From assembly GCA_000004985.1 (NCBI GenBank), contig GG738856.1: a stretch of 64,000 nt of DNA; one strand, written 5' to 3'. The DNA is from Naegleria gruberi. Its lineage: Eukaryota. Positions 44,607 to 53,915 of this stretch are shown in pieces. The stretch's first letter is position 1; every line of letters begins with the position of its first letter. The position numbers and the translations under genes are program-made. The notes beneath the pieces are model-generated. The model saw only the letters and a program-made list of their open reading frames with translations. It had not been told where the DNA came from and did not search any database.

Positions 44607-45011
44607 ATGCCTAATAATAATAGTATATCGAACGTACCAATCTTGGACTCACAATTAGTCAGTAAGGTAAAGCTGGAATTGAAAATGAAGGAGGAAACAA
44701 TTAAGGAATTAAGAAATCAATTGAAATATTATCAGGAAACACAATGTTCTGCCTGTTTAGCCAATAGATCCTATCACGCCCCTCCTTCGGATGATGAGCA
44801 TGACGAAGATGAACATGATCAACATCATTTGGAGAATTATACAATTACTAAAACAACCACGGAACCAGGGGTTGTCTATAACACTGAAGCACACAATATG
44901 GGTCTTAAGAACGATTGGCTTGCACCAGCAACAACAGGAAGAAGACAATCCATACAATTGAATAACATATATGAAAGTGAAATTCAAGATTTAATTGCAA
45001 AGAAGAAATAG
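44607..45011 (+). CDS. Hypothetical small coiled-coil protein
   Basis: The 134-aa ORF starts at ATG. No family is recognised. Confidence 0.35.
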   Translation: MPNNNSISNVPILDSQLVSKVKLELKMKEETIKELRNQLKYYQETQCSACLANRSYHAPPSDDEHDEDEHDQHHLENYTITKTTTEPGVVYNTEAHNMGLKNDWLAPATTGRRQSIQLNNIYESEIQDLIAKKK

Positions 45012-45260
45012 TAGTAATTAGCTGCCTCCATAGATTGGAAGAAATAACACACTATTGTGTTGCGCACATTGAACATAATGACCATTAGTCTTATGGATCA
45101 TCCTTAATAAATATTTAACCACCAACGCCAGGAATTTTCTACGTTACCGTAAATCTTTAGCCAGATTGGAAATCTTGACCAAATCCTCATATCCATTCAT
45201 AACAAACCATTCCTTATCCAGAGTGAAAAATTAGAGAACAAATGGATAAATGGAAATTTT

Positions 45261-47807
45261 TTATTGGTAGGTTGGTTGGGTGTAAAGTTGAATCAATTGT
45301 GCTTTGAGAGGATGATTGTGTGGATCGTGGGCAATGTGGAATAAAATGTGGTGGAATTGAGGGAGATTTCTTGGGATTAACTTTAAAATATTGGAAAGGA
45401 TTGGGTACAGGATATCAGGAGTCAATGTGTGATAATATGACATAAAGAAAGGAATAAATTGTTGGATGAGAGTTTGATACCACATATTGAGTTGTACCAT
45501 TTGCTGTTGTTGATATTTAGGAGAGAGTATGGTAATAGCTCTATTGAGCAAGGCGTTGAGGAATTCAATGGAGGAAGGTGGACTTCTCATTAATTGTACC
45601 AACACTAGTGTAATTGTACCAATATTGACTATCGAATTCAAGCTCTTAATCATGGATTCTACAAGTTGAGGATTGGTGGAATGTTCAGCAATCAAAATTG
45701 GAATCATATCAAGGAGCAACTTGGTATTGAAAGGTTGTGGAAGAATATTGAGACACTTGCAAATAAATTTCTTTCCTTTTGGAATATTCCAAATTTCTTG
45801 GTGATATAAAAGATAGGAAGCAACAGTTTGACAATTAACATAAGAAGATTCAGCAACTTTTGGAGAAATTTCCTTAGAATGTTGAGCAACAGTTTGGAAT
45901 TCTTCAATTTCAATCAAAAGAGTCAAACCATTCTCAATGCATGTTCTCAATTGAATTGGATTGTTATAGACAAGTCTAGTACGTAACTCTGATGGTATTC
46001 TCTTATGTTTGTAATATTGGTCGACAACTTCATCACGGAATACATTAGTATCAAAGCATGTTCTTGGAGTTCTGACATTTTGAGATGGAATTCTACCAAA
46101 TAATCTAGCAGGTGGTGTTGTTGTTGTTGTGGTGGTTGTAGAAGTATTATTGGTTCCTTGTTGTTGATTAGATGTGGCTGTTTGTCTGGCATTTTCTCTT
46201 TCTTCCTCTTCTTCAGTTAGATGCTTGCTAAGAAGGTCAATAGTTTGTTCAGTATTGTTATTTTTCACAAAGTAATAATAATCATCAGAGTATCCATTGT
46301 GTACTTGTAAATCTACCATTTGTTGACGAATAATAGTTTCCACTTCATCAATTCTCATAAATTGGATAATTCTATGTGGTTTTTCATTGTTATTATTATT
46401 GTTGTTGTGAGATCTATTATTATTGTTAAATCTGTGGAACTTGTTTCTTTGATCTTGAGGTGTTGGAATCTTGTTCAAAACTTCATTAACTACAACCTTG
46501 TTAATAACATTGTAACAGTCAGTCTTATCTTCAGTATTATAAGTATTATATTTAACCATCAAATAGGAAGGTGTAGAAGTTTGTTGATTTGTTGTTGTTC
46601 CTCCTGATGTAGTATTGTTGGTAGTACTTGTTGTTGTTGGTGCTTGTTGCTTTTCTCCCTTTACTAATTCGGGATGTTTGTGAGCAACAGTAGTTGGTAA
46701 AAATTCGAGAGGTTCCAAACCACCAGAGATTGGAATTCTTGAATTTGCTGCAATAGTAGCACTAACTTCAGTATTGGTAAATCCAAAAGGTGAATTGGCA
46801 CCACTTGATAATTGATGAGTACTAGATCTACCACTTCCACTGCTCTTATCATCTTCATCTTCCTCAGAAATCAAGTCTGTGATATAGTGAAGTCCTGTAC
46901 TTTGTTTTGTAGAAGAACCAGAAGTTGTGTGGTGATGAGTGCCTACAGTTGATACACCTCCTGATGAACCACTACCGGAACCAGCAAAGAATGAACCAAG
47001 GAAGGCATCATCATTTTGATTATCATTAGCAGTACCCCACAAGGAAGCACTTCCATTATTACTTCCTTGACGAATGTGTTGTCCTCCACCAATAATTGAT
47101 GATTGTGTAGCACCACTATTTGGACTGGCTCCCAAAATATTAGAAAGGAATGAACCAGAAGGTGATGTAGCGGAAGGAGAACCTAACAAGATATTTGTTG
47201 CTCTTGGTGAAGAAATAACTGGTTGATGTGTAAAACTTCCAAAACTACCACTATTATTACTACCAAAACTACCAAAAGAACCAGTGTTTGTATGGTGATG
47301 AGAAGGTGTTCCACCAGGAATATAATTTGATGGTGAAGATGGTGAATGTCCAATAGGAATACCAAAACCGCTACCAGTGCTACTTCCACTTGTATTTAAA
47401 GAAGAGTGAGCATTGTGAAAACCAGCAGCACTTCCTCCTGGAGAGCTAGTAGAGCCAAACAAGGAATGTTGTTGTTGAGAATGTTGATAGTGGTGTTGTT
47501 GTGAATGTTGTGGGAGGCTTGATGTTGTATGGCTGGAAAAAGCCTTCTTTCCATTCCAATCATCATCCACAGAATAGTATGGACGGGATCCACGAACAAG
47601 ATCAGAAGCATCATTGTTAGAAATAAAAAAGCCTCCATCATCACCTTCATCACCAAAAGTTTCATCATTTTTATCATCATCATACTCATTAACGGATAGT
47701 TTTTTAGCGAGACGATTATCCAAGTCATCGAACGAACCCTGTCCTAAATCATCATTCAACAAGGAAGGGTTGAAAAAGTCATTATCATCCTCACTTGGCG
47801 AAGACAT
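45261..47807 (-). CDS. PAT1 homologue (mRNA decapping activator / Topo II-associated protein PAT1)
   Basis: The N-terminus DDNDFFNPSLLNDDLG...NDETFGDEGDD...SVDDDWNGKKA parallels PATL1 DEDEDAFQGLG...NDDTFGSGAVDDDWQ. Mid-region SDDYYYFVKNNNTEQTIDLLSK parallels DPYLDDFYYQNYFEKLEKLS. A long S/G/H-rich low-complexity middle is followed by a helical C-terminal domain. Confidence 0.7.
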   Translation of the reverse strand: MSSPSEDDNDFFNPSLLNDDLGQGSFDDLDNRLAKKLSVNEYDDDKNDETFGDEGDDGGFFISNNDASDLVRGSRPYYSVDDDWNGKKAFSSHTTSSLPQHSQQHHYQHSQQQHSLFGSTSSPGGSAAGFHNAHSSLNTSGSSTGSGFGIPIGHSPSSPSNYIPGGTPSHHHTNTGSFGSFGSNNSGSFGSFTHQPVISSPRATNILLGSPSATSPSGSFLSNILGASPNSGATQSSIIGGGQHIRQGSNNGSASLWGTANDNQNDDAFLGSFFAGSGSGSSGGVSTVGTHHHTTSGSSTKQSTGLHYITDLISEEDEDDKSSGSGRSSTHQLSSGANSPFGFTNTEVSATIAANSRIPISGGLEPLEFLPTTVAHKHPELVKGEKQQAPTTTSTTNNTTSGGTTTNQQTSTPSYLMVKYNTYNTEDKTDCYNVINKVVVNEVLNKIPTPQDQRNKFHRFNNNNRSHNNNNNNNEKPHRIIQFMRIDEVETIIRQQMVDLQVHNGYSDDYYYFVKNNNTEQTIDLLSKHLTEEEEERENARQTATSNQQQGTNNTSTTTTTTTTPPARLFGRIPSQNVRTPRTCFDTNVFRDEVVDQYYKHKRIPSELRTRLVYNNPIQLRTCIENGLTLLIEIEEFQTVAQHSKEISPKVAESSYVNCQTVASYLLYHQEIWNIPKGKKFICKCLNILPQPFNTKLLLDMIPILIAEHSTNPQLVESMIKSLNSIVNIGTITLVLVQLMRSPPSSIEFLNALLNRAITILSPKYQQQQMVQLNMWYQTLIQQFIPFFMSYYHTLTPDILYPILSNILKLIPRNLPQFHHILFHIAHDPHNHPLKAQLIQLYTQPTYQ

Positions 47808-47983
47808 TTTTTTTAAATAATATTAAAAATTTTAAAATATTTTTAAATTCCTGATGATAATTCTTATTTGGATTTTTAACAGTTGTTGTTGTTTGCTTTG
47901 GAACTTGAGCAGAATGTGAGAGTCGCATTTTGTAAATGAAGCTAGTCCATAGGATTGAATAATTAATGAAAATAAATAATTAT

Positions 47984-49106
47984 TTATTGATCAGTGAGAG
48001 TAAAGTTGGCAGTGGTGGTAGCAAGAACTCTACTATTTGGATGCTTGGATCCACATTCACCTTCACAAGCAGCAGAGAAGAAAGTATATTTACCTGGTTC
48101 AAAGACAATTTGGTTTTGTTCATCATCTTGAGTTTGGACTTTAACTTGAATTTCAAAAGTACCTGGTTGGAAACCGTTAGCAACCAATTCACCTCCAGAA
48201 ATGTCAGCAGTAGTTGGTCCATCACTGTGATAGTATCATTCCACAAAATATGTTCCAACAAGTGTGTGTGAAAAATCAATGATTAATATTGTAAAATATG
48301 AAAATGATTAGAATCATAAAATTAGATTGATACAAACACTTCAAAGTAAAGTTCACCAGTACCAGTTTGATTGTAGACTCTCAATTGAGTAACAGCAGTG
48401 AAAGTGGTACCCTTTGGAGCAGATTGTGGAACAACTCTAGAGTTGAAGAATTGAGCACAAGTTGGGAGCTTGCAGTTTCTGACTGGACACAAGGAGACCA
48501 ATTGGCATCCATAGATAGCATCCAAATCAGCCTTATCAATCAAATTGATGAATTCGTTAACACCCAAGTAATCACAGACCAAGCTACAGGCAGCAACAAC
48601 GAGAGAACCAACTCCCTATTGTTATGGTTGTATTCACAATCACACATTGGTTGTAACAATGTTGTCAAAATGTCAAGTGTTAAATGTCATGACGGTTTTA
48701 AGAAATATTTGATTAGTTTGATCAGAGACTTGTCAAGATAACTTACCTTCAAATATCCACACAATTCACCACATGATCCAATAACACCAACGTTCAAGAT
48801 AATGTTCAACAATTGGTTGATGGTTTGATCCAACAATTGAATACACATATCACACAATTCATAATCACCCTTGATCATTCTTGATCTCATTTGGGTGGCC
48901 ATAGCTGGGTTTGATTCTTCAACCTTGTTAATAGCAAAGCTCAAAATCTTTGACTTTAAAGCAGAACTTCCATGAATTCTAGCCTTGATTTGATTCTTCA
49001 AACTTTCTTGATCAGCACCGAATCTTGGTGTAGCCTTCATCATGACAAAAGGAGTCAAGTACAAACACAAGACAACGAGTGCGAGGACGATTTGTGTAGC
49101 CTTCAT
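47984..49106 (-). CDS. Saposin-like (amoebapore/naegleriapore-type SAPLIP) precursor, paralog of 12951-14013; 3 exons
   Basis: The signal peptide is MKATQIVLALVVLCLYLTPFVMM. ...LCDMCIQLLDQTINQLLNIILNVGVIGSCGELCGYLK is followed by an intron (GTAAGT...CAATAG), then GVGSLVVAACSLVCDYLGVNEFINLIDKADLDAIYGCQLVSLCP...GELYFEV, a second intron, then DGPTTADISGGELVANGFQPGTFEIQVKVQTQDDEQNQIVFEPGKYTFFSAACEGECGSKHPNSRVLATTTANFTLTDQ. Confidence 0.6.
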
Positions 49107-49673
49107 CTCTGAGTTTTAATTGTTTTTTTTCGAGAATGTTTTTCTGTGAGCGCAAAGCCTTCTTGTTCCTTTCACTTCCGCATTCTCTGCTGAACCACAC
49201 AAGCAAAAGCCTTTTGCTTTGAGATTATCTCTCGCGTTTTTTCTTCTGTGATTATCGGGCCTTATTTTACGTAGAGAAATGCGCGCCAAAAATACTGTGC
49301 CGTTACAATGGTCATCAAGCAAATTTGATTGGTTTGTGAAAAAGTTGTGATGTGAAATGTGAAAGAAGTGATCTTCTATTGTGGCTCTTGGTGGGCTTGC
49401 ATGAAGATTTTGAATAGAATGTGTTTTTGGTTTTTTGGTCAACCGTAGTGTGATAGTTTTACTGTAATCTTGATATCATTAGTAGAGTTGTTGTGAAATA
49501 AGAACTTCCTGCAATGATTTGTGTGGTTTCAAGTAAACATCAACTCGAATTTTAAAATTGTTATTAGGAGAATTTGAAAAACCGTTGGTGTGAAATTTTT
49601 TCACATCATGTCCTGACAGAGGAAGCTCAATATTCGAATAAGTAGTGGGTCAATTGTTGAACACATCAAAACT

Positions 49674-50321
49674 TTGTTTAAAAAAATGCAAAAACAACTC
49701 ACCATCACATTTTTGATTACAATTCTTCTTTCATTAGTCCTTCTTCTTTCGTCTAACATTTCTGCCGAAAGTACAACATGCAATTTTGATGAGAAGATTT
49801 TTATGTTATCACCAGGAGAAAGTTACTTTCCACTCGAATGCACCATTTCACCATTCAATGAAATTCGTACCGATATCGAACTTGTCGGAAGAGGCATCAC
49901 GTTATACTTGTTGACAGCTGACCAAAAACAAGATTACCTCCAAAAAACAAAAGATGACATTTACTATCTACCTACCTTCTCCAATTCCCTTCAAAGTTTT
50001 GTCCTCCAAGATGAGTCAACCACTTCAATTTCACTCTCCTCAACCAAGAGAATGGATGGCATTGATAAGGTTTTCATTCTCATGAAGGAACACAAGACCT
50101 ACACTGTGGAATCTTCAGTTAGAGTTAAAATATTGATTACTCCACAACAAGCTACTGATTCGAGTAATGCTGGAGCAATTGTTGGAGGAATTTTGGGAAC
50201 TTTTACAATTTTGGGATTGTGTGTAATTGGTGGAGTGATTGGAGGAGCTATTTTGTGGAAGAAGAAGATTTTGCAACGTTGGTTGAAACGTGGTGGAGAG
50301 GAATATCAAACTGTTTTATAA
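49674..50321 (+). CDS. Hypothetical type I single-pass membrane protein
   Basis: A signal peptide MFKKMQKQLTITFLITILLSLVLLLSSNISA is followed by an ectodomain, a TM helix GAIVGGILGTFTILGLCVIGGVIGGAILW and a short basic tail. Confidence 0.45.
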   Translation: MFKKMQKQLTITFLITILLSLVLLLSSNISAESTTCNFDEKIFMLSPGESYFPLECTISPFNEIRTDIELVGRGITLYLLTADQKQDYLQKTKDDIYYLPTFSNSLQSFVLQDESTTSISLSSTKRMDGIDKVFILMKEHKTYTVESSVRVKILITPQQATDSSNAGAIVGGILGTFTILGLCVIGGVIGGAILWKKKILQRWLKRGGEEYQTVL

Positions 50322-50427
50322 AGAGATTTCGCTATAGAATATATTGTGTAAAACAAAGTTGGAATAAACAATATAGGAAATGAGTGAAGTTAAGAACATT
50401 TGGAGTAATTTATTTTAGTGGATGTGA

Positions 50428-50500
50428 TCCCCCTTAGCTCAGTCGGTAGAGCGTCAGACTGTTAATCTGCAGGTCGGTGGTTCGAGCCCACCAGGGGGAG
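50428..50500 (+). tRNA. tRNA-Asn (anticodon GTT)
   Basis: TCCCCCT-TA-GCTC-AGTCGGTA-GAGC-G-TCAGA-CTGTTAA-TCTGC-AGGTC-GGTGG-TTCGAGC-CCACC-AGGGGGA-G. There is a U:C at 27:43. Confidence 0.8.
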
Positions 50501-50505
50501 ATTAC

Positions 50506-50510
50506 TTTTT
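50506..50510 (+). terminator. Pol III T-run (T5) 6 nt after tRNA-Asn
   Basis: ttttt at 50506-50510. Confidence 0.45.
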
Positions 50511-50556
50511 GCTACAACAAATTTTTAACTAAATCCTTGCATCAATTTAAAAAAAA

Positions 50557-51675
50557 ATGGGAACAAAGCCATCACGTACCTTGATGCCAATACGAACCAT
50601 CATTCAACAGAAATTAACTAAAAAAGTTCTATTACTCGGTACCTCCGATTCTGGTAAATCCACATTATTCCACATGTTGCAATTGATAACTTTCGGCCAT
50701 AAAGTTGATGAAAAGTTTGAAAATAATTTGCGAATTGTTTGCTCATGGGTTGTTGAGCGAATTTGGGAAGTGATGGGAGAGCAAGACCGAAATCACTTGA
50801 AAGATCTCATCAACCCAGAACTGAGATTAGTGTTCGAAACTGCACGAAATACTTGTTTAGCTACTGAATTGCAAAATAGAGATTGTTGTGAAATATTGGT
50901 CAATCTTTGGAAAATTCCATTCTTTAGAGAGTTTTACGAATCAGTGTGGAGTAGAGATGGAATCACAATGTACGAAAATGTCAAGGAATTAGTTTCAAGA
51001 ATTGAAAACAGGAAAATCTTTTCTCCATATTCATTAATTCATTGTAGGACGGCTGGAATGTCGACAGACGAACCAATCAGAAACAACATTGAACTGATCG
51101 ATGTTGGAGGACAGAGAAAAGAAAGAAGGAAATGGATTTATTGCTTTGAAGATGTTCATACAGTGATTTATATGGTTTCTCTTTCAGAATTTAATCAATT
51201 TTTATTTGAAGATAACATTACTAATAGAATGGAAGAATCACTATCCTTATTTAGTGAGGTTATGAATTCGAGATGGCTTGGTCCTGCTCGTAACATAATT
51301 CTCTTTGTAAAACCAGATGTTCTATGGAAAAAATTGGAAAATGGAGTGAAATATGATAGAGAACTCAATACTAATATTATAGCAGAGCTAGACAGAATTC
51401 CTGATCAGTATCTTAAACTGGTTATCAACTCGATCATTTCAGAATATTTCAAGAAAATAGATAGAACTACAATTGATTCCTATCATATTGTGAATACAAT
51501 CTCAGAAGAGGATATCAAATCTGTTTGTGAAATAATCTTTGGAGAGAGAATAGATCAAAAAACAACCTTCATCTCACCATGTATCATTCCTGACAACAAT
51601 AGAATGATACGGTGCCTCTTCAATAATTATCTGAATGAAAAATTGACAGATATACAAATCATTACTTCCGACTGA
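50557..51675 (+). CDS. Heterotrimeric G-protein alpha subunit (divergent)
   Basis: MGTKPS (Gly2) at the N-terminus. The P-loop is VLLLGTSDSGKST. ...IHCRTAGMSTDE...IDVGGQRKERRKWIYCFEDVHTVIYMVSLSEFNQ...NRMEESLSLFSEVMNSRWLGPARNIILFVKPD aligns with G-alpha DVGGQRSERKKWIHCFE...NRMHES..LF...IILFLNKKD. Confidence 0.75.
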   Translation: MGTKPSRTLMPIRTIIQQKLTKKVLLLGTSDSGKSTLFHMLQLITFGHKVDEKFENNLRIVCSWVVERIWEVMGEQDRNHLKDLINPELRLVFETARNTCLATELQNRDCCEILVNLWKIPFFREFYESVWSRDGITMYENVKELVSRIENRKIFSPYSLIHCRTAGMSTDEPIRNNIELIDVGGQRKERRKWIYCFEDVHTVIYMVSLSEFNQFLFEDNITNRMEESLSLFSEVMNSRWLGPARNIILFVKPDVLWKKLENGVKYDRELNTNIIAELDRIPDQYLKLVINSIISEYFKKIDRTTIDSYHIVNTISEEDIKSVCEIIFGERIDQKTTFISPCIIPDNNRMIRCLFNNYLNEKLTDIQIITSD

Positions 51676-51818
51676 GATGTTAACTTATTAGGATAAATAG
51701 AGCTACATACAGATTTCAATTCATCTTTGCCAATTCGTCGTTAATTCAGAAGAGAGTGAAGGATACAATATTGAGAAAAAGATATTTACGAATCATGTAG
51801 TTTATTATTTAAAATAAT

Positions 51819-53426
51819 TTAAAGAGTTGGATATTCTGCCTTATCATAACCATGAGGACGAGGAGGAATTAAGAATTGATTAACAGTTTGACTCATTTGA
51901 ACAACTGGTTTCAGATATTTTACAGGTTGATAACTGAATGGAGTTTCTTCAAAACAACCAAGATGTTCCAATAAACGTGGAGCTCTCTTAATCATTCCCA
52001 TCAATGACTTGGTTGCCAATGCAGCCATTGTATCAAAATGACGATATGGGACACCAAATTTCTCATTCAATTCCTTCATCTCATCAGCTGAATATTCACC
52101 AAGATCTTGAACCCAATCATTGTACTTGGTCAGAGAGGTTGTTACATGATAGGATCCTCCTTGTTTGGATCTTCTCCAAAGACCATCGAGAGCACCACAA
52201 GTTCCCATCACTCCACAGCAATAGTCTGAGATTGGTAAGAGTGGCAAGACTGGTTCATCCAATCCTAAGGCCTTTCCTTGTTTCCAAGCAAGACCAGAGA
52301 CACAATCAGCAATTTGTTGCCAACCAGATCTGTATGAAAGTGGACCATCATTTCCATAACAATTCTCAGAGACATAGACAATACCATAACCACGATCCTT
52401 TACCATCTCTGTTACTTGTTTGAATCCAAAACCTAATTTTTCCAAAGCTCCTGGTCTGTATCCTTGAACGAAAATATCACACTCCTTAATGAGCTCCCTC
52501 AGTTTTGATTTTCCTTCTTCAGTTTTCAAATCAATAAAACATGAATTTTGTCCAATATTATCCAATTGGAATGCACTTCCATCAGGACTGTGTGGTCCAA
52601 TAACTTTCAAAACTTGAGCTCCATATTCTGATAAATTACGACCAATGACAGGACCTGCAATAGCTCTCCCCAAACTCAAAACTTTAACACCATCAAGAAT
52701 ATTTCTTGTACCAGTAATTGGCTGAGGTTTTCCTTCTGAAATACTTTCAACTTCCCACAATGGCTTTGCATGAATGATTTGTCCGTGTTCACTTTCCAAA
52801 AATTCCTCTCTCGTCAAGCAAGTAACACCTGCTTGTTTGTATTGTTCATTTGAAACTTTCTCAATATCAGAAGAGTTCCATTCCAATACCTTTTCTTGAA
52901 TAAATGCAAATGCTTCAGCTGCATTGAGATTTTGATTATGTGGAATTCCCAACATGTCAAAAGTTGGTGTAGCATTCAAAGAACCATGCAAGTGATAGAA
53001 TTTACCATCCTTACATTTGTAAATATTGGTACTTGCAAATCGATATTCATTACTGAATGTATCATGATAATCAGTATTTGGTAAAATCTTCATAAGAGCT
53101 GGAGTGGCAGCAAACAGTACAGTATTCAAGTACATCAAGGCACGATCCAAATTGACTGTGACATTTTGCTCACCAAATCTTTCCTTACCAAGTAAATTTG
53201 CCAAACTTCCTTCAATTCCCTTCAGTACAGAAACTGCTTCTTGTTGTTTGACAGGACATGGAAGTATTGGTTCCACAAGTCCAATACTTGATTCAAATTT
53301 GACCTTCTCCAAGAGTTCAACCACCTCTTGATCAATTCCAACTGGTAAATCCTTACCGATCGATTCAACAATTGTTTTAATAGTCTCTTCAAGTCTTGCC
53401 ATTATAATAATACACAGATCACACAC
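51819..53426 (-). CDS. CoA-transferase family III (CaiB/BaiF-type) protein with about 230-aa N-terminal extension
   Basis: ILDGVKVLSLGRAIAGPVIGRNLSEYGAQVLKVIGP matches the family III glycine-rich N-terminal motif. DIFVQGYRPGALEKLGFG and NDGPLSYRSGWQQIADCVSGL are also typical. Confidence 0.7.
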   Translation of the reverse strand: MCDLCIIIMARLEETIKTIVESIGKDLPVGIDQEVVELLEKVKFESSIGLVEPILPCPVKQQEAVSVLKGIEGSLANLLGKERFGEQNVTVNLDRALMYLNTVLFAATPALMKILPNTDYHDTFSNEYRFASTNIYKCKDGKFYHLHGSLNATPTFDMLGIPHNQNLNAAEAFAFIQEKVLEWNSSDIEKVSNEQYKQAGVTCLTREEFLESEHGQIIHAKPLWEVESISEGKPQPITGTRNILDGVKVLSLGRAIAGPVIGRNLSEYGAQVLKVIGPHSPDGSAFQLDNIGQNSCFIDLKTEEGKSKLRELIKECDIFVQGYRPGALEKLGFGFKQVTEMVKDRGYGIVYVSENCYGNDGPLSYRSGWQQIADCVSGLAWKQGKALGLDEPVLPLLPISDYCCGVMGTCGALDGLWRRSKQGGSYHVTTSLTKYNDWVQDLGEYSADEMKELNEKFGVPYRHFDTMAALATKSLMGMIKRAPRLLEHLGCFEETPFSYQPVKYLKPVVQMSQTVNQFLIPPRPHGYDKAEYPTL

Positions 53427-53915
53427 AACAATTATTCAACTCAAAAAGCCAATGATGACAATTAATGTTAATTTTTTTTTAATTCATTTCCCGACGACGC
53501 ACAGTTAAACCTTTTTAAATCAATTACCGCCTCATCAAAAGAAATGGAAATATAACGCTTTTGCTGATCAATATGATGACGATGATTGGAACTGAATGGT
53601 TTTGATAATATGTGCTGGTAGTAGCATTGTAAGGCGTAGCCTGCTTTAAATAATTTTCATTTTTTTTGTAAGCGGGATTGAACGCAGCGGTAAAGACTTT
53701 CCCGCCAAGCCCGAAATTGTGCTATTTGCTGATTTTGAGTGGGAACCCGAAAATGTTAGATTGATCCGAAGCCCAGTTGGTATTTTGAATAATTAGAAGG
53801 AAGGTTGTGACAAATTTTCAAAATAAAAACAATCAAATTGATCTCTGTAAAGTGTTTGATCAGTTTTTGAAGAGTATTTGTAAAATTGTAAAGTAATTGT
53901 GAAGAATTTGAGAAA
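53427..53915. promoter_or_regulatory. Putative bidirectional promoter between divergent CoA-transferase and AtuA-like genes
   Basis: A 489-bp AT-rich intergenic spacer separates the two start codons at 53426 (minus) and 53916 (plus). Confidence 0.3.

Noticed and set aside
53660-53745. tRNA-like T-arm motif (gcgggattgaacgc) suggesting an eighth tRNA on the minus strand
   Set aside because: I could not fold a full cloverleaf with anticodon and acceptor stems. It is probably a chance match or fragment.
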